A stretch of 64,000 nt of DNA, taken from positions 37,243 through 101,242 of the forward strand of contig JAXEKN010000055.1 in assembly GCA_034101015.1 (NCBI GenBank). Direction: 5' to 3'. The notes beneath the pieces are model-generated. The model worked only from the letters and a program-made list of their open reading frames with translations. It ran no database searches and was not told the DNA's origin. This document shows positions 1 through 7,888 of this stretch, piece after piece. The DNA is from Prevotella sp. (lineage in GTDB: Bacteria > Bacteroidota > Bacteroidia > Bacteroidales > Bacteroidaceae). The stretch's first letter is position 1. Every line of letters starts with the position of its first letter. The position numbers and the translations under genes are program-made.

Positions 1-1934
1 AAACAATCTTCACTAACACTCTTCAGGGTTGATGGCAATTTTATGTACTTGATATTGTCACAAACACAGAATGCTTGATAACCTAAAGATGTCACACCCT
101 CCGGCAGTATTACCTGCTGTAGATTGTCGCAATCATAGAATGCATTACGAGATATGGTAGTAAGCGTTGACGGGAAGTCAATATTCATAATGCCAGAGCA
201 TTGATAGAAAGCATATTCACCTATTGAGGTAAGGTTGGCAGGCAATTTAACTATCTCCAAAGCCTTCCTCTGATAGAACAATCTATTAGGCAGAGCTGTC
301 ATATTAACGTCAGTCATATCTATCTCGCGCAGGTTCGTCAGGCGTGACTGGATATTTGCGATGTCATCAGAATTAAGAGTACCTGAAATCTTCAAACTCT
401 TCACATCTACAAAATTCTCCACCTTGACGAGGATAGAGTCACCCATTGAGCCTGGTACTGTAACAGCAATATCCAAATAAGTGTAATCCAAACGTTCCAA
501 TAATTTTTTAGTATAGCTGTCGGCCTTGTTAATATCATCAGTTGTATAAGCGCCAGACTCATAACATTCATCCAGTTCTTTGGTCAAAGCATTGACTTCT
601 GCTATAGTTTGGGGTGAAACCATATCGCCAATATTTGCCAGACTATCCTTAAGGGAGGCACTTAACAAAGGTATTCTTTCATAATTCTTTATGCTCGAAC
701 GAACTTCCTTCTCCCAATTAATCAAATCTACGAACGACTTGGATTTGTCCATATAAGCTGAGGTCTTCTCTGCAACAGCTATATAGTCATTCATTTTATC
801 CTTAATATCCTTATTCTGATGCAGTTTTACCAATTCCTTTTCAACATTGACGATAGAGTCCAGCATTTCCTTAACCTCTGTCTCGTTGAAATAAGTCAGC
901 TCCATATTATCCCATGCTGCCCAGCGGTTAATGTCGTTAGTTGCATAACATTTTATACCAACAGTAAGCAGGCTTTCTTCTTCTGTTGGCTCAAAGGTTG
1001 ACCACACTTCCGTTTTATACATGCCTCTTTTAAATGCAGCAGGAACACGATCAACATAATATGGTACAAAAGTACCATTTATTTCCCAATGGTAGTAACC
1101 GCCATATATATCTGTTTCAGATGGTTCTGAGAAAGCAGAAGGTATGGCACATTCTCCATTCCCAACAAATATCTTTTGGCTTAGGGTATTATTCTTGTTT
1201 GACCAAGCTGTATTATAGTCATTATAGTAATCCATACCACAAGCATTAGCCGATAATCTGTAAAGACCTGCTGGTTGCTTTTCAAACGTCTGTTTGCACT
1301 CCCAATTCCTTCCATATTTATAGCCAATTGTATTATCATCGTAAGAATGTCTGTCATAGCTTCCCGTCCAACCATTATTACTGTCAAAATAAGGATTAAC
1401 AAGGCTATTCCCAGCCAACAACCCACAATCTATATAGGCATAGCCTCCTCCAGAATCAGAAACTCTTATAGCTAACACGTTTTTCTCTTTGACAAGAATA
1501 GCAGGAATCTCAATTGTATTTAATGATGATTGTACTGAATTATATGAATAGATGCAATTTCCATTCAGATAGGCTTCACATCCATCATCATGTATAACTT
1601 TCAACAGAAGACTTCTTATGTTTTGCACATCTTCCGCATCAAAAGTTCGTCTTATCCAATAAGTGGTGTAATTGTCACCCCATAAAGTAGAATAAAAACT
1701 TGGACCACCATATTGAGTACTTATTGGACCTTTAATATCAGTCCATTCAGAATCGTCAAACGACGGTTCAAACCAATCAGCAGAAGGTTCATCTCCACCA
1801 ATAGGTGCAAAAAAGTACTTTGCATCCCAAGCCTCATTGGTTTCTTGTCCATAAGGCAAAAGAACCTTTTGAGCCACTGCCTCTCCGCTCATTGCCAATG
1901 ATGCGAGCAGGCTAATAAATAATCGATGTTTCAT
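1..1934 (-). CDS. BspA-family (LRR_5) leucine-rich-repeat surface protein with N-terminal beta-sandwich/carbohydrate-binding-like modules; 5' part only, continues past the left edge
   Basis: Translated by hand from ATG at 1934; open in every stretch read (1934-841 and 480-1; 481-840 not translated codon by codon). Signal peptide MKHRLFISLLASLAMSGEAVAQ; beta-sandwich motif WFEPSFDDSEW...YWIRRTF...HDDGCEAYLNG; LRR_5 repeats (LPANLTSIGEYAFYQCSGI, FPSTLTTISRNAFYDCDNL, LPEGVTSLGYQAFCVCDNI). Confidence 0.88.
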   Translation of the reverse strand, partial: MKHRLFISLLASLAMSGEAVAQKVLLPYGQETNEAWDAKYFFAPIGGDEPSADWFEPSFDDSEWTDIKGPISTQYGGPSFYSTLWGDNYTTYWIRRTFDAEDVQNIRSLLLKVIHDDGCEAYLNGNCIYSYNSVQSSLNTIEIPAILVKEKNVLAIRVSDSGGGYAYIDCGLLAGNSLVNPYFDSNNGWTGSYDRHSYDDNTIGYKYGRNWECKQTFEKQPAGLYRLSANACGMDYYNDYNTAWSNKNNTLSQKIFVGNGECAIPSAFSEPSETDIYGGYYHWEINGTFVPYYVDRVPAAFKRGMYKTEVWSTFEPTEEESLLTVGIKCYATNDINRWAAWDNMELTYFNETEVKEMLDSIVNVEKELVKLHQNKDIKDKMNDYIAVAEKTSAYMDKSKSFVDLINWEKEVRSSIKNYERIPLLSASLKDSLANIGDMVSPQTIAEVNALTKELDECYESGAYTTDDINKADSYTKKLLERLDYTYLDIAVTVPGSMGDSILVKVENFVDVKSLKISGTLNSDDIANIQSRLTNLREIDMTDVNMTALPNRLFYQRKALEIVKLPANLTSIGEYAFYQCSGIMNIDFPSTLTTISRNAFYDCDNLQQVILPEGVTSLGYQAFCVCDNIKYIKLPSTLKSVSEDC

Positions 1935-2227
1935 AATCTGAAATTTTATTGTTTTACATTATTATCATCTTTATCCAATTATTTCCTACTTTATTCCCTA
2001 TCACCATAACATTCCGTACGAAAAGGTGTTAAGCGGTATGACTTTTATCTATATTTTTATTTTTCGATGCAAATATAACAAAAAACCTAAAAAGACAAAA
2101 ACAAAGAACAATATTTAACGCAAATTTAACATAATTATTAGAGAGAAGTGATAAAAACAGCAATAAGTTTGAAGATATGAAATAAAAATCGTAATTTTGC
2201 AGCGCACATTTTATATGTAATATGGTT

Positions 2228-2813
2228 ATGGACGAAAGAATTGTAAAAGAAGAGGCAAAGCGCATACCGTACGGTATGATGAACCGACGAACGCAGCAAG
2301 AGCCTCACCATATCCATGCTCCGTCATTACTATGACATCAACCAATCGGACAAGTTTCAAAAATTATATGGCGACCTGTATATCGGCAAACATCCCACAC
2401 CCAATCACAACAAATATCTCATAATATACCTCAACTTTGCGGTGGTCAATGCCGACTTGGGTAATTACCGCAGTGCGTTGGATGCACATTGCAGGACTGA
2501 GTTTACCATCTTCTGCGACAGGTATTCCAATCTGCTGCCATCCAACCTTAAGGAAAACCTTCTCAAAGAGGATGGTGCGGTAAAGCAGCTTGACCTACTG
2601 TATAAAGTGTGCTATGAAGTTGGACTGAAAATCTATCTCTTCATAGACGAATATGACCACTTCACAAATCATATTCTCTCCGATGCTGCCCGCCTTGAAG
2701 AGTATCATGGTGAAACGCACGGCACAGGCTACCTGCGTACTTTTTTCTACACCATAAAGGCTGGAACAGACTCTTCTATTATCTCATGTAAGTCCGCCCG
2801 CTTCAAAGGATAA
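2228..2813 (+). pseudogene. Disrupted AAA-ATPase-like / PD-(D/E)XK family gene (Bacteroidales type)
   Basis: ATG 2228 gives MDERIVKEEAKRIPYGMMN, then the frame shifts into KSLTISMLRHYYD. The intervening YVDKT...RPRRFG (Walker A) segment is missing. Walker B FIDEYD is present. Similarity ends near 2785, far short of the 533-aa intact family member at 48390. Confidence 0.85.
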
Positions 2814-2848
2814 CCTATCAACAGATTGCGCGCTCTATCCGTCAGGCC

Positions 2849-2901
2849 ATCCCCCTCGGGGGATTATAGGGGGGCTCCTTCTGATTTACGATGCAAAGGT
2901 A
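2849..2901 (-). repeat. GC-rich REP-like hairpin (ATCCCC-CTCG-GGGGAT) beside an orphan minus-strand TACCTTTG promoter box
   Basis: Hairpin at 2849-2864; CAAAGGTA at 2894-2901; lies just downstream of where the AAA pseudogene is truncated. Confidence 0.5.
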
Positions 2902-3160
2902 CGAAATATCTTTTCACTTTCCAAATATTACCTCAACTATTTCCGCGAGTTAAACATTTTTTTAATGTTCCCTTCTCCTCCATTAACACTTCCCCCGTCG
3001 TCATTAATCTTTCCGTTGTCGCCAACGAAACTTTAATTCTTTAATTTTTTAATTTCGAAGCTCCGCTTCGACCTCGCTCTTCCTTCGCTGTAAGTCCGCT
3101 CTGACTCCGCTTCCCAAACCGGAAATAGCGGACACAGAGCGGAGTGTCTCCCTCGCCATC

Positions 3161-3204
3161 CCGAAACAATCAGAAAACAATCCTGAAACAATCCGAAAAT
3201 AATG
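3161..3204 (+). repeat. Four imperfect tandem 11-mers (nnGAAACAATC-like)
   Basis: ccgaaacaatc / agaaaacaatc / ctgaaacaatc / cgaaaataatg read directly from the sequence. Confidence 0.7.
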
Positions 3205-3212
3205 CAAATGCG

Positions 3213-3368
3213 AATTTGCAATTTGCAATTTGCAATTTGCAATATTTCGACATAAGTCCTTAAATCCCTATTTGCTATATGTTATTCATTATCAAGCACT
3301 TGTAATGATATTTTCAGCATATTTCCAACTGATTTATCCAAAATATTGCAAATTGCAAATTGCAAATT
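3213..3368. repeat. Heptamer-tandem inverted repeat: (AATTTGC)4-AATATTT ... AAATATT-(GCAAATT)3, with 28-bp perfect arms and a 93-bp spacer
   Basis: 3220-3247 is the exact reverse complement of 3341-3368. Confidence 0.9.
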
Positions 3369-3509
3369 CACTTTTTCACATTGCAAAAGCACCCCAATTT
3401 AGCCTGTAAAGTCATCAACAATGCCCGTTTTGAATCCTCAAAAAATAATTCCCCACGCCCTGCATCGTCGCAATAAAAAAGGTCGAGATGGCCTCAAAAA
3501 ATCCCCAAA

Positions 3510-3720
3510 ACATTTGCTGATTTCTCGATAGGTTTGTTTGGTTCCACCATCAGAGACGAGAACTAGCCAGACAACGACATCGACATTCTCGTGGATTTTT
3601 CAGATGGCATGGAGACACAGAAGCCACCATACTGCCAAGGGAGAGGTCCAAGACAACAACGTTGTCGCATTAACATTATTAAACGAGAAATATTTGCTAA
3701 ATCAGGAAAGATATTGTACC
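3510..3720 (+). pseudogene. Remnant of a minimal nucleotidyltransferase (MNT, antitoxin-type)
   Basis: The frame at 3528 reads IGLFGSTIRDEN*PDNDIDILVDF, matching the MNT motif hFGS.ARG....DSDhDhhV. In-frame TAG at 3564-3566; no start codon found. Confidence 0.65.
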
Positions 3721-3724
3721 TTTG
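3717..3724 (+). promoter_or_regulatory. Bacteroidota sigma-A -7 box TACCTTTG for the AAA_14 gene
   Basis: Matches TAnnTTTG, 100 bp upstream of ATG 3824. Confidence 0.7.
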
Positions 3725-3732
3725 CAACGCCA

Positions 3733-3816
3733 ATAATCTCAATTTGGTGTAAAATGCGCATATAAGATAATCTCAATTTGGTGCGGTTGGCATGGTTTGA
3801 TAATCTCAATTTGGTG
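3733..3816 (+). repeat. Three identical 17-bp direct repeats ATAATCTCAATTTGGTG with 17- and 16-bp unique spacers
   Basis: Copies at 3733-3749, 3767-3783 and 3800-3816 (period 34/33 bp). Confidence 0.95.
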
Positions 3817-3823
3817 TAATGTA

Positions 3824-5176
3824 ATGAAAAGAAAGATTTACAATAAACTGCTGGAATGGAAGAGGGAAAGCAATGGGGAATCCGCATTGCTCATAGACGG
3901 TGCACGGCGTGTAGGCAAAAGCTATATCGTGAAGCAATTTGCTGAGAAAGAATATCGTAGCTGTGTAATACTGGATTTCAACTTGGTGTCGAAATCAATC
4001 AAGGACTTGTTTGAAAACGACCTTGACAATCTTGACAGATTCTTTATGTATCTCAGTAATTACACTGGTAAAACACTTTACACGAGAGACACGCTTATAG
4101 TGTTTGACGAGGTGCAGCAATATCCCAAGGCAAGGGCTGCGATAAAATATCTTGTCAAAGACGGACGATATGACTACATTGAAACCGGGTCGCTCATATC
4201 AATAAAGAAGAATGTGGAAGGGATTGTCATCCCGTCGGAAGAAGAGCATTTAAAGATGTTTCCTATGGATTTCGAGGAGTTCCTTTGGGCGATGGGCGAA
4301 GAGATGCTTATGCCGTTCATCAAGGACTGTTTTGAGAGGAAGAAGCCATTGGGACAGCTAATGCACAGGAGGGCCATGGATTATTTCAGACTTTACATGA
4401 TTGTGGGCGGAATGCCGCAGGCTGTGGAGAAATATGTGGAGACAAGGGATTTTGCCAAGGTCGATAAATTAAAGCGCAGAATACTCGAGCTATACCGCAG
4501 CGACATCGCAAAATATGCCAAAGGATATGACACAAAGGTGAAGAGCATCTTTGAGGAGATACCATCCCAACTGCAGAAGCACGAAAAGAAATTCCGGCTT
4601 TCTGCCCTGAAAGAAGGTGCAAGGGCAAGGGACTACGAGACGGCGTTCTTCTGGCTTGACGATGCCATGATAATCAACAGCTGTTACAACACAACAGAAC
4701 CAAATGTCGGTCTGAATCTCAACAAGGACACCAATACTATGAAGTGCTATATGGCTGATACAGGATTGCTAATCAGCCATGCCTTCGATGCGAACGAAAT
4801 AGTCAGCGAGGACTTATACAGGAAGATTTTGCTTGATAAACTGGAGATGAACAGCGGAATGATTGTCGAGAACATCGTGGCACAAATGCTGCGCACTGCG
4901 GGCCACAAGTTGTTCTTCTATTCAAATTCGTCGATGACGGACAAGGATTCAAGAATGGAAATTGACTTTCTGATAGCCAAAAGCAAGATAACCACAAGGC
5001 ACAACATCTCGCCGATTGAGGTGAAATCTTCTGCGCGATATACCCTCACCTCACTAAGGAAGTGCATTGCCAAATACGGTTCTTATCTCTCGACGGCATA
5101 CGTGATTCATCCTGCCGACCTGAAGGAAGAGGGCAATATAGTGTATTTGCCTCTATACATGTGCCCACTTCTTTAA
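3824..5176 (+). CDS. AAA_14 ATPase with DUF4143 and C-terminal PD-(D/E)XK-like domain
   Basis: Walker A GARRVGKS, Walker B FDEVQ, GSL motif, K.Y..DTGL motif, C-terminal EIDF...PIEVKS. Real start taken as MKRKIY at 3824. Confidence 0.9.
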   Translation: MKRKIYNKLLEWKRESNGESALLIDGARRVGKSYIVKQFAEKEYRSCVILDFNLVSKSIKDLFENDLDNLDRFFMYLSNYTGKTLYTRDTLIVFDEVQQYPKARAAIKYLVKDGRYDYIETGSLISIKKNVEGIVIPSEEEHLKMFPMDFEEFLWAMGEEMLMPFIKDCFERKKPLGQLMHRRAMDYFRLYMIVGGMPQAVEKYVETRDFAKVDKLKRRILELYRSDIAKYAKGYDTKVKSIFEEIPSQLQKHEKKFRLSALKEGARARDYETAFFWLDDAMIINSCYNTTEPNVGLNLNKDTNTMKCYMADTGLLISHAFDANEIVSEDLYRKILLDKLEMNSGMIVENIVAQMLRTAGHKLFFYSNSSMTDKDSRMEIDFLIAKSKITTRHNISPIEVKSSARYTLTSLRKCIAKYGSYLSTAYVIHPADLKEEGNIVYLPLYMCPLL

Positions 5177-5233
5177 GAGCTAATGGCTTATTTATATAAA
5201 AAATGAATTTACTACTAAGAAAAGATAACAGAT

Positions 5234-5989
5234 ATGCAGATACTGATAGCAAACGCTAAGATAATGCACGACAGGACTGAAAGACTGCCGTGGACAGAAC
5301 CACGATTCCAAAGCATCGCCAACCGGATTGCATTGGATATGGCGGGCATGGACATCGACAAACTGGAAAGCGAACTCGACTGCAGCCGCTCCTTGGCTGC
5401 CGAGAACTGGCAGCGATACCAGAACTTCTTCACTGCCAAGGAGATGCCGGCAATAATGGCATATAACGGACAGGCCTACAAGCATCTCAAGGCTCACACC
5501 CTTGACGACGATGACTTGACGTTCGCACAAGACCACCTGTGGATTACCTGTTTCCTATACGGATTGCTTCGCCCGATGGACGGCGTGGTGCCCTATCGCA
5601 TGGAGCACTGCGTGCATCTTCCATCAGCCAAGGATATTCCTGTCAACCATTTCTGGCGCGACACCCTCACCGATGTGCTCATTGACAGCGTGAAGGCCGA
5701 CGACGGCATCCTCCTTCATCTCTCCACAGAGGAATACGAGCATCTCTTCGACTGGAAGCGTGTATGCCAGGAGGTCGCCGTGGTGCATCCGCTGTTTTAC
5801 GTGCGTCAGAAGAACGGCAGCCTCAAGATGCAGGCGGTATGGGCGAAATCGTGCCGTGGCGCCATGTTGAGATACATCCTCACCAACCGCATCACCTCGC
5901 CCAATGACCTTGGCGGCTTCTCATACGAGGGATTTGAATATGCGCCCCAACTCGGCGAACCGTCATGGCCGCATTTCGTCAGGGAATAG
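5234..5989 (+). CDS. yaaA: YaaA/DUF328 family protein (peroxide-stress DNA-binding)
   Basis: AK.M N-terminus, PAIMAYNGQAY, LYGLLRP.D...PYRME, AKSCRGAMLRYI. Confidence 0.85.
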   Translation: MQILIANAKIMHDRTERLPWTEPRFQSIANRIALDMAGMDIDKLESELDCSRSLAAENWQRYQNFFTAKEMPAIMAYNGQAYKHLKAHTLDDDDLTFAQDHLWITCFLYGLLRPMDGVVPYRMEHCVHLPSAKDIPVNHFWRDTLTDVLIDSVKADDGILLHLSTEEYEHLFDWKRVCQEVAVVHPLFYVRQKNGSLKMQAVWAKSCRGAMLRYILTNRITSPNDLGGFSYEGFEYAPQLGEPSWPHFVRE

Positions 5990-6113
5990 ACCTCATCCTA
6001 TTTCCGTTTCATCACTTTTGTCATCTTACCGACCATCAAGTTCATGACGTTTGTTAAATGAATCACTATGAACTTGATTTATATCAAACTTTGTCTTACT
6101 TTTGCAAACAAAA

Positions 6114-6218
6114 ATGCTTATGCTCAGAGGTAAGATCAATTTCAAATGCGATGAGTCGTATTTCTCCAAATGCTTCCAAAAACAGTTTGGCATCAAACCG
6201 ACAGAAATGAAGGCGTAA
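6114..6218 (+). other. 34-codon mini-ORF equal to the extreme C-terminus of an AraC/HTCS helix-turn-helix (remnant or small protein)
   Basis: MLMLRGKINFKCDESYFSKCFQKQFGIKPTEMKA*; preceded by TACTTTTG (6097-6104) and followed by a terminator. Confidence 0.6.
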
Positions 6219-6220
6219 TA

Positions 6221-6258
6221 AAAAGCCCTGTCGAGCCGTCTTGGCCGACAGGGTTTTT
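6221..6258. terminator. Bidirectional intrinsic terminator
   Basis: AAAAG-CCCTGTCG...CGACAGGG-TTTTT. Confidence 0.75.
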
Positions 6259-6493
6259 CTATCATTGATGCTTATATATATATTGAATTGTTAATTGTTC
6301 ACTATTGACATTCTTATGTATTCCCTTCCTGTTTGCGTTTGCAAAGTTACCAAATATTTATTATTTGGCAAAGCAAAAAAGGAGGAAAAAGTATGTCGAG
6401 GTGAACTATTTGCCCAATTGACCAATATTTGTTTTATTGAATAAATCAAGAGGAATTATGTATATGGATTCAGCTTTTTTTTTGAATTACACC

Positions 6494-7219
6494 TTATTTA
6501 TATATATAACGTAGCACGTCGAGCGACTTCATCTCAGGAAAAGCCGGAAGATGAAGCCGGTAATATTGGATGATGATGTCGAGCAGGCGGTTGCGCTGCT
6601 GCCGGGACATCCGGAAGAGATGCATCGTGGGATAGTTCATGCGCATCATCAATGATATGAGTGACGACTCGGCCGGATCAAGATAATCACGATGTGATGG
6701 GACTGTGATGGAGAAACTGCCGCTACGCAGGTCAAAGACACATCCCTCGACATACCCGTCGGTGTATGGGTAGAAACCAAGGAAGCGGGTCAGTCTCATC
6801 ATGAATACGAGATGGAAGTTGGCACTCGACTTGGGCGAGTCGTCAAGCCACATCAAACTGTCTGCTACATAGTCGAAAAGTTGTTCGTTGGTCTGCTCGC
6901 CATAAAGGGCATGACAGAGAAACTCGGCGAGAAACATGCCCACGGTTATCTTGTCGGGCTCAATGACCAATGACGAATAGGGGTGGATGATAGCGGCATC
7001 ACGCAACTTCTGCAACTGCAGCCGGGATCTGAAGTCATACTCGAGGTCAAGCAATGTAAGAGGCTGAAACAACTGTTTCTGCAACTTTGCCTTCGCCGAC
7101 TTAGGTATGCCCACGACAAAAGCCACGCGGCCATTCACCCGCGTGAACATGTCAACAATCATCTTGTTGTCACCATACTTGATGGTATGAATCACTAACG
7201 CCTTAGACTTTGTAAGCAT
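6494..7219 (-). CDS. recO: DNA repair protein RecO
   Basis: MLTKSKALVIHTIKYGDNKMIVDMFT...LFQPLTLL...NFHLVFMMRLTRFLGFYP...HLPAFPEMKSLDVL; start set at ATG 7219. Confidence 0.93.
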   Translation of the reverse strand: MLTKSKALVIHTIKYGDNKMIVDMFTRVNGRVAFVVGIPKSAKAKLQKQLFQPLTLLDLEYDFRSRLQLQKLRDAAIIHPYSSLVIEPDKITVGMFLAEFLCHALYGEQTNEQLFDYVADSLMWLDDSPKSSANFHLVFMMRLTRFLGFYPYTDGYVEGCVFDLRSGSFSITVPSHRDYLDPAESSLISLMMRMNYPTMHLFRMSRQQRNRLLDIIIQYYRLHLPAFPEMKSLDVLRYIYK

Positions 7220-7383
7220 TGCAAAATGAGGAAATATGGTGCAAAGGTAAGCATTAAAATGCAAAAATAGAGCCATTTAAGGCAGAAAATTCTAAAAAAA
7301 CATCAAAAAAGTGCATTTTTTTATGGAAATATTTTGCCAATTGAAATAAAAACTGTAACTTTGCACCCGCAAAATAGACAGTT

Positions 7384-7455
7384 GGTCCCTTCGTCTATCG
7401 GTTAGGACGAGAGATTTTCATTCTCTAAAGAGGAGTTCGACTCTCCTAGGGACTA
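7384..7455 (+). tRNA. tRNA-Glu (anticodon TTC)
   Basis: Acceptor GGTCCCT/AGGGACT; anticodon arm AGAGA-TTTTCAT-TCTCT; T-loop GTTCGAC; TAACTTTG promoter at 7356-7363. Confidence 0.95.
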
Positions 7456-7487
7456 CAAAGTAAAATAAAAGAAGAAGTATTATAAAG

Positions 7488-7742
7488 ATGGCAAACCACA
7501 AATCATCACTGAAAAGAATCCGTCAGGACAAGAAGAAGGCGCTGCATAACAAGTACTATGCTAAGACAATGCGCAACGCCGTTCGCAAGCTGCGCGCTCT
7601 TACAGACAAAGAGGAGGCAGTTAAGTTGTACCCAAGCGTACAGAAGATGCTGGACAAGTTGGCAAAGACCAACATCATCCACAAGAACAAGGCCGCAAAC
7701 TTGAAGTCGAGCCTTGCCCTTCACATCAATAGCCTGGGATAA
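7488..7742 (+). CDS. rpsT: 30S ribosomal protein S20
   Basis: [13 protein letters not shown]...[14 protein letters not shown]. Confidence 0.98.
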   Translation: MANHKSSLKRIRQDKKKALHNKYYAKTMRNAVRKLRALTDKEEAVKLYPSVQKMLDKLAKTNIIHKNKAANLKSSLALHINSLG

Positions 7743-7762
7743 ATACATCGCTTCTACGATAC

Positions 7763-7805
7763 AATAAGCCACGTTCTCAAAGAGAATGTGGCTTATTTTA
7801 TTTTA
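7763..7805 (+). terminator. Intrinsic terminator after rpsT
   Basis: AATAAGCCACGTTCTC/GAGAATGTGGCTTATT stem followed by a T-rich tail. Confidence 0.85.
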
Positions 7806-7888
7806 TTTTGTTGATTTTTAGCATCAAATATTTCGGTATTTGATTTTTTTTGTGTAACTTTGCAACCACTTAGAGAATAACAGCAATT

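Noticed and set aside
2826-3242. Short ORFs 2826-3044 and 3033-3242
   Set aside because: They are translations of repeat tracts (for example MQIANCKLQI comes from the heptamers) and have no protein-like features.
3733-3816. Repeat-spacer-repeat pattern read as a CRISPR array
   Set aside because: The 17-bp repeats and 16-17-bp spacers are far too short, there are only three copies, and no cas gene is in the window. Kept only as an operator-like or unknown array.
3538-3823. ORF 3538-3765 and the N-terminal extension MIISIWCNV of the AAA gene
   Set aside because: The IISIWC peptides are just the 17-bp DNA repeat read in frame. The true start is most likely ATG 3824.
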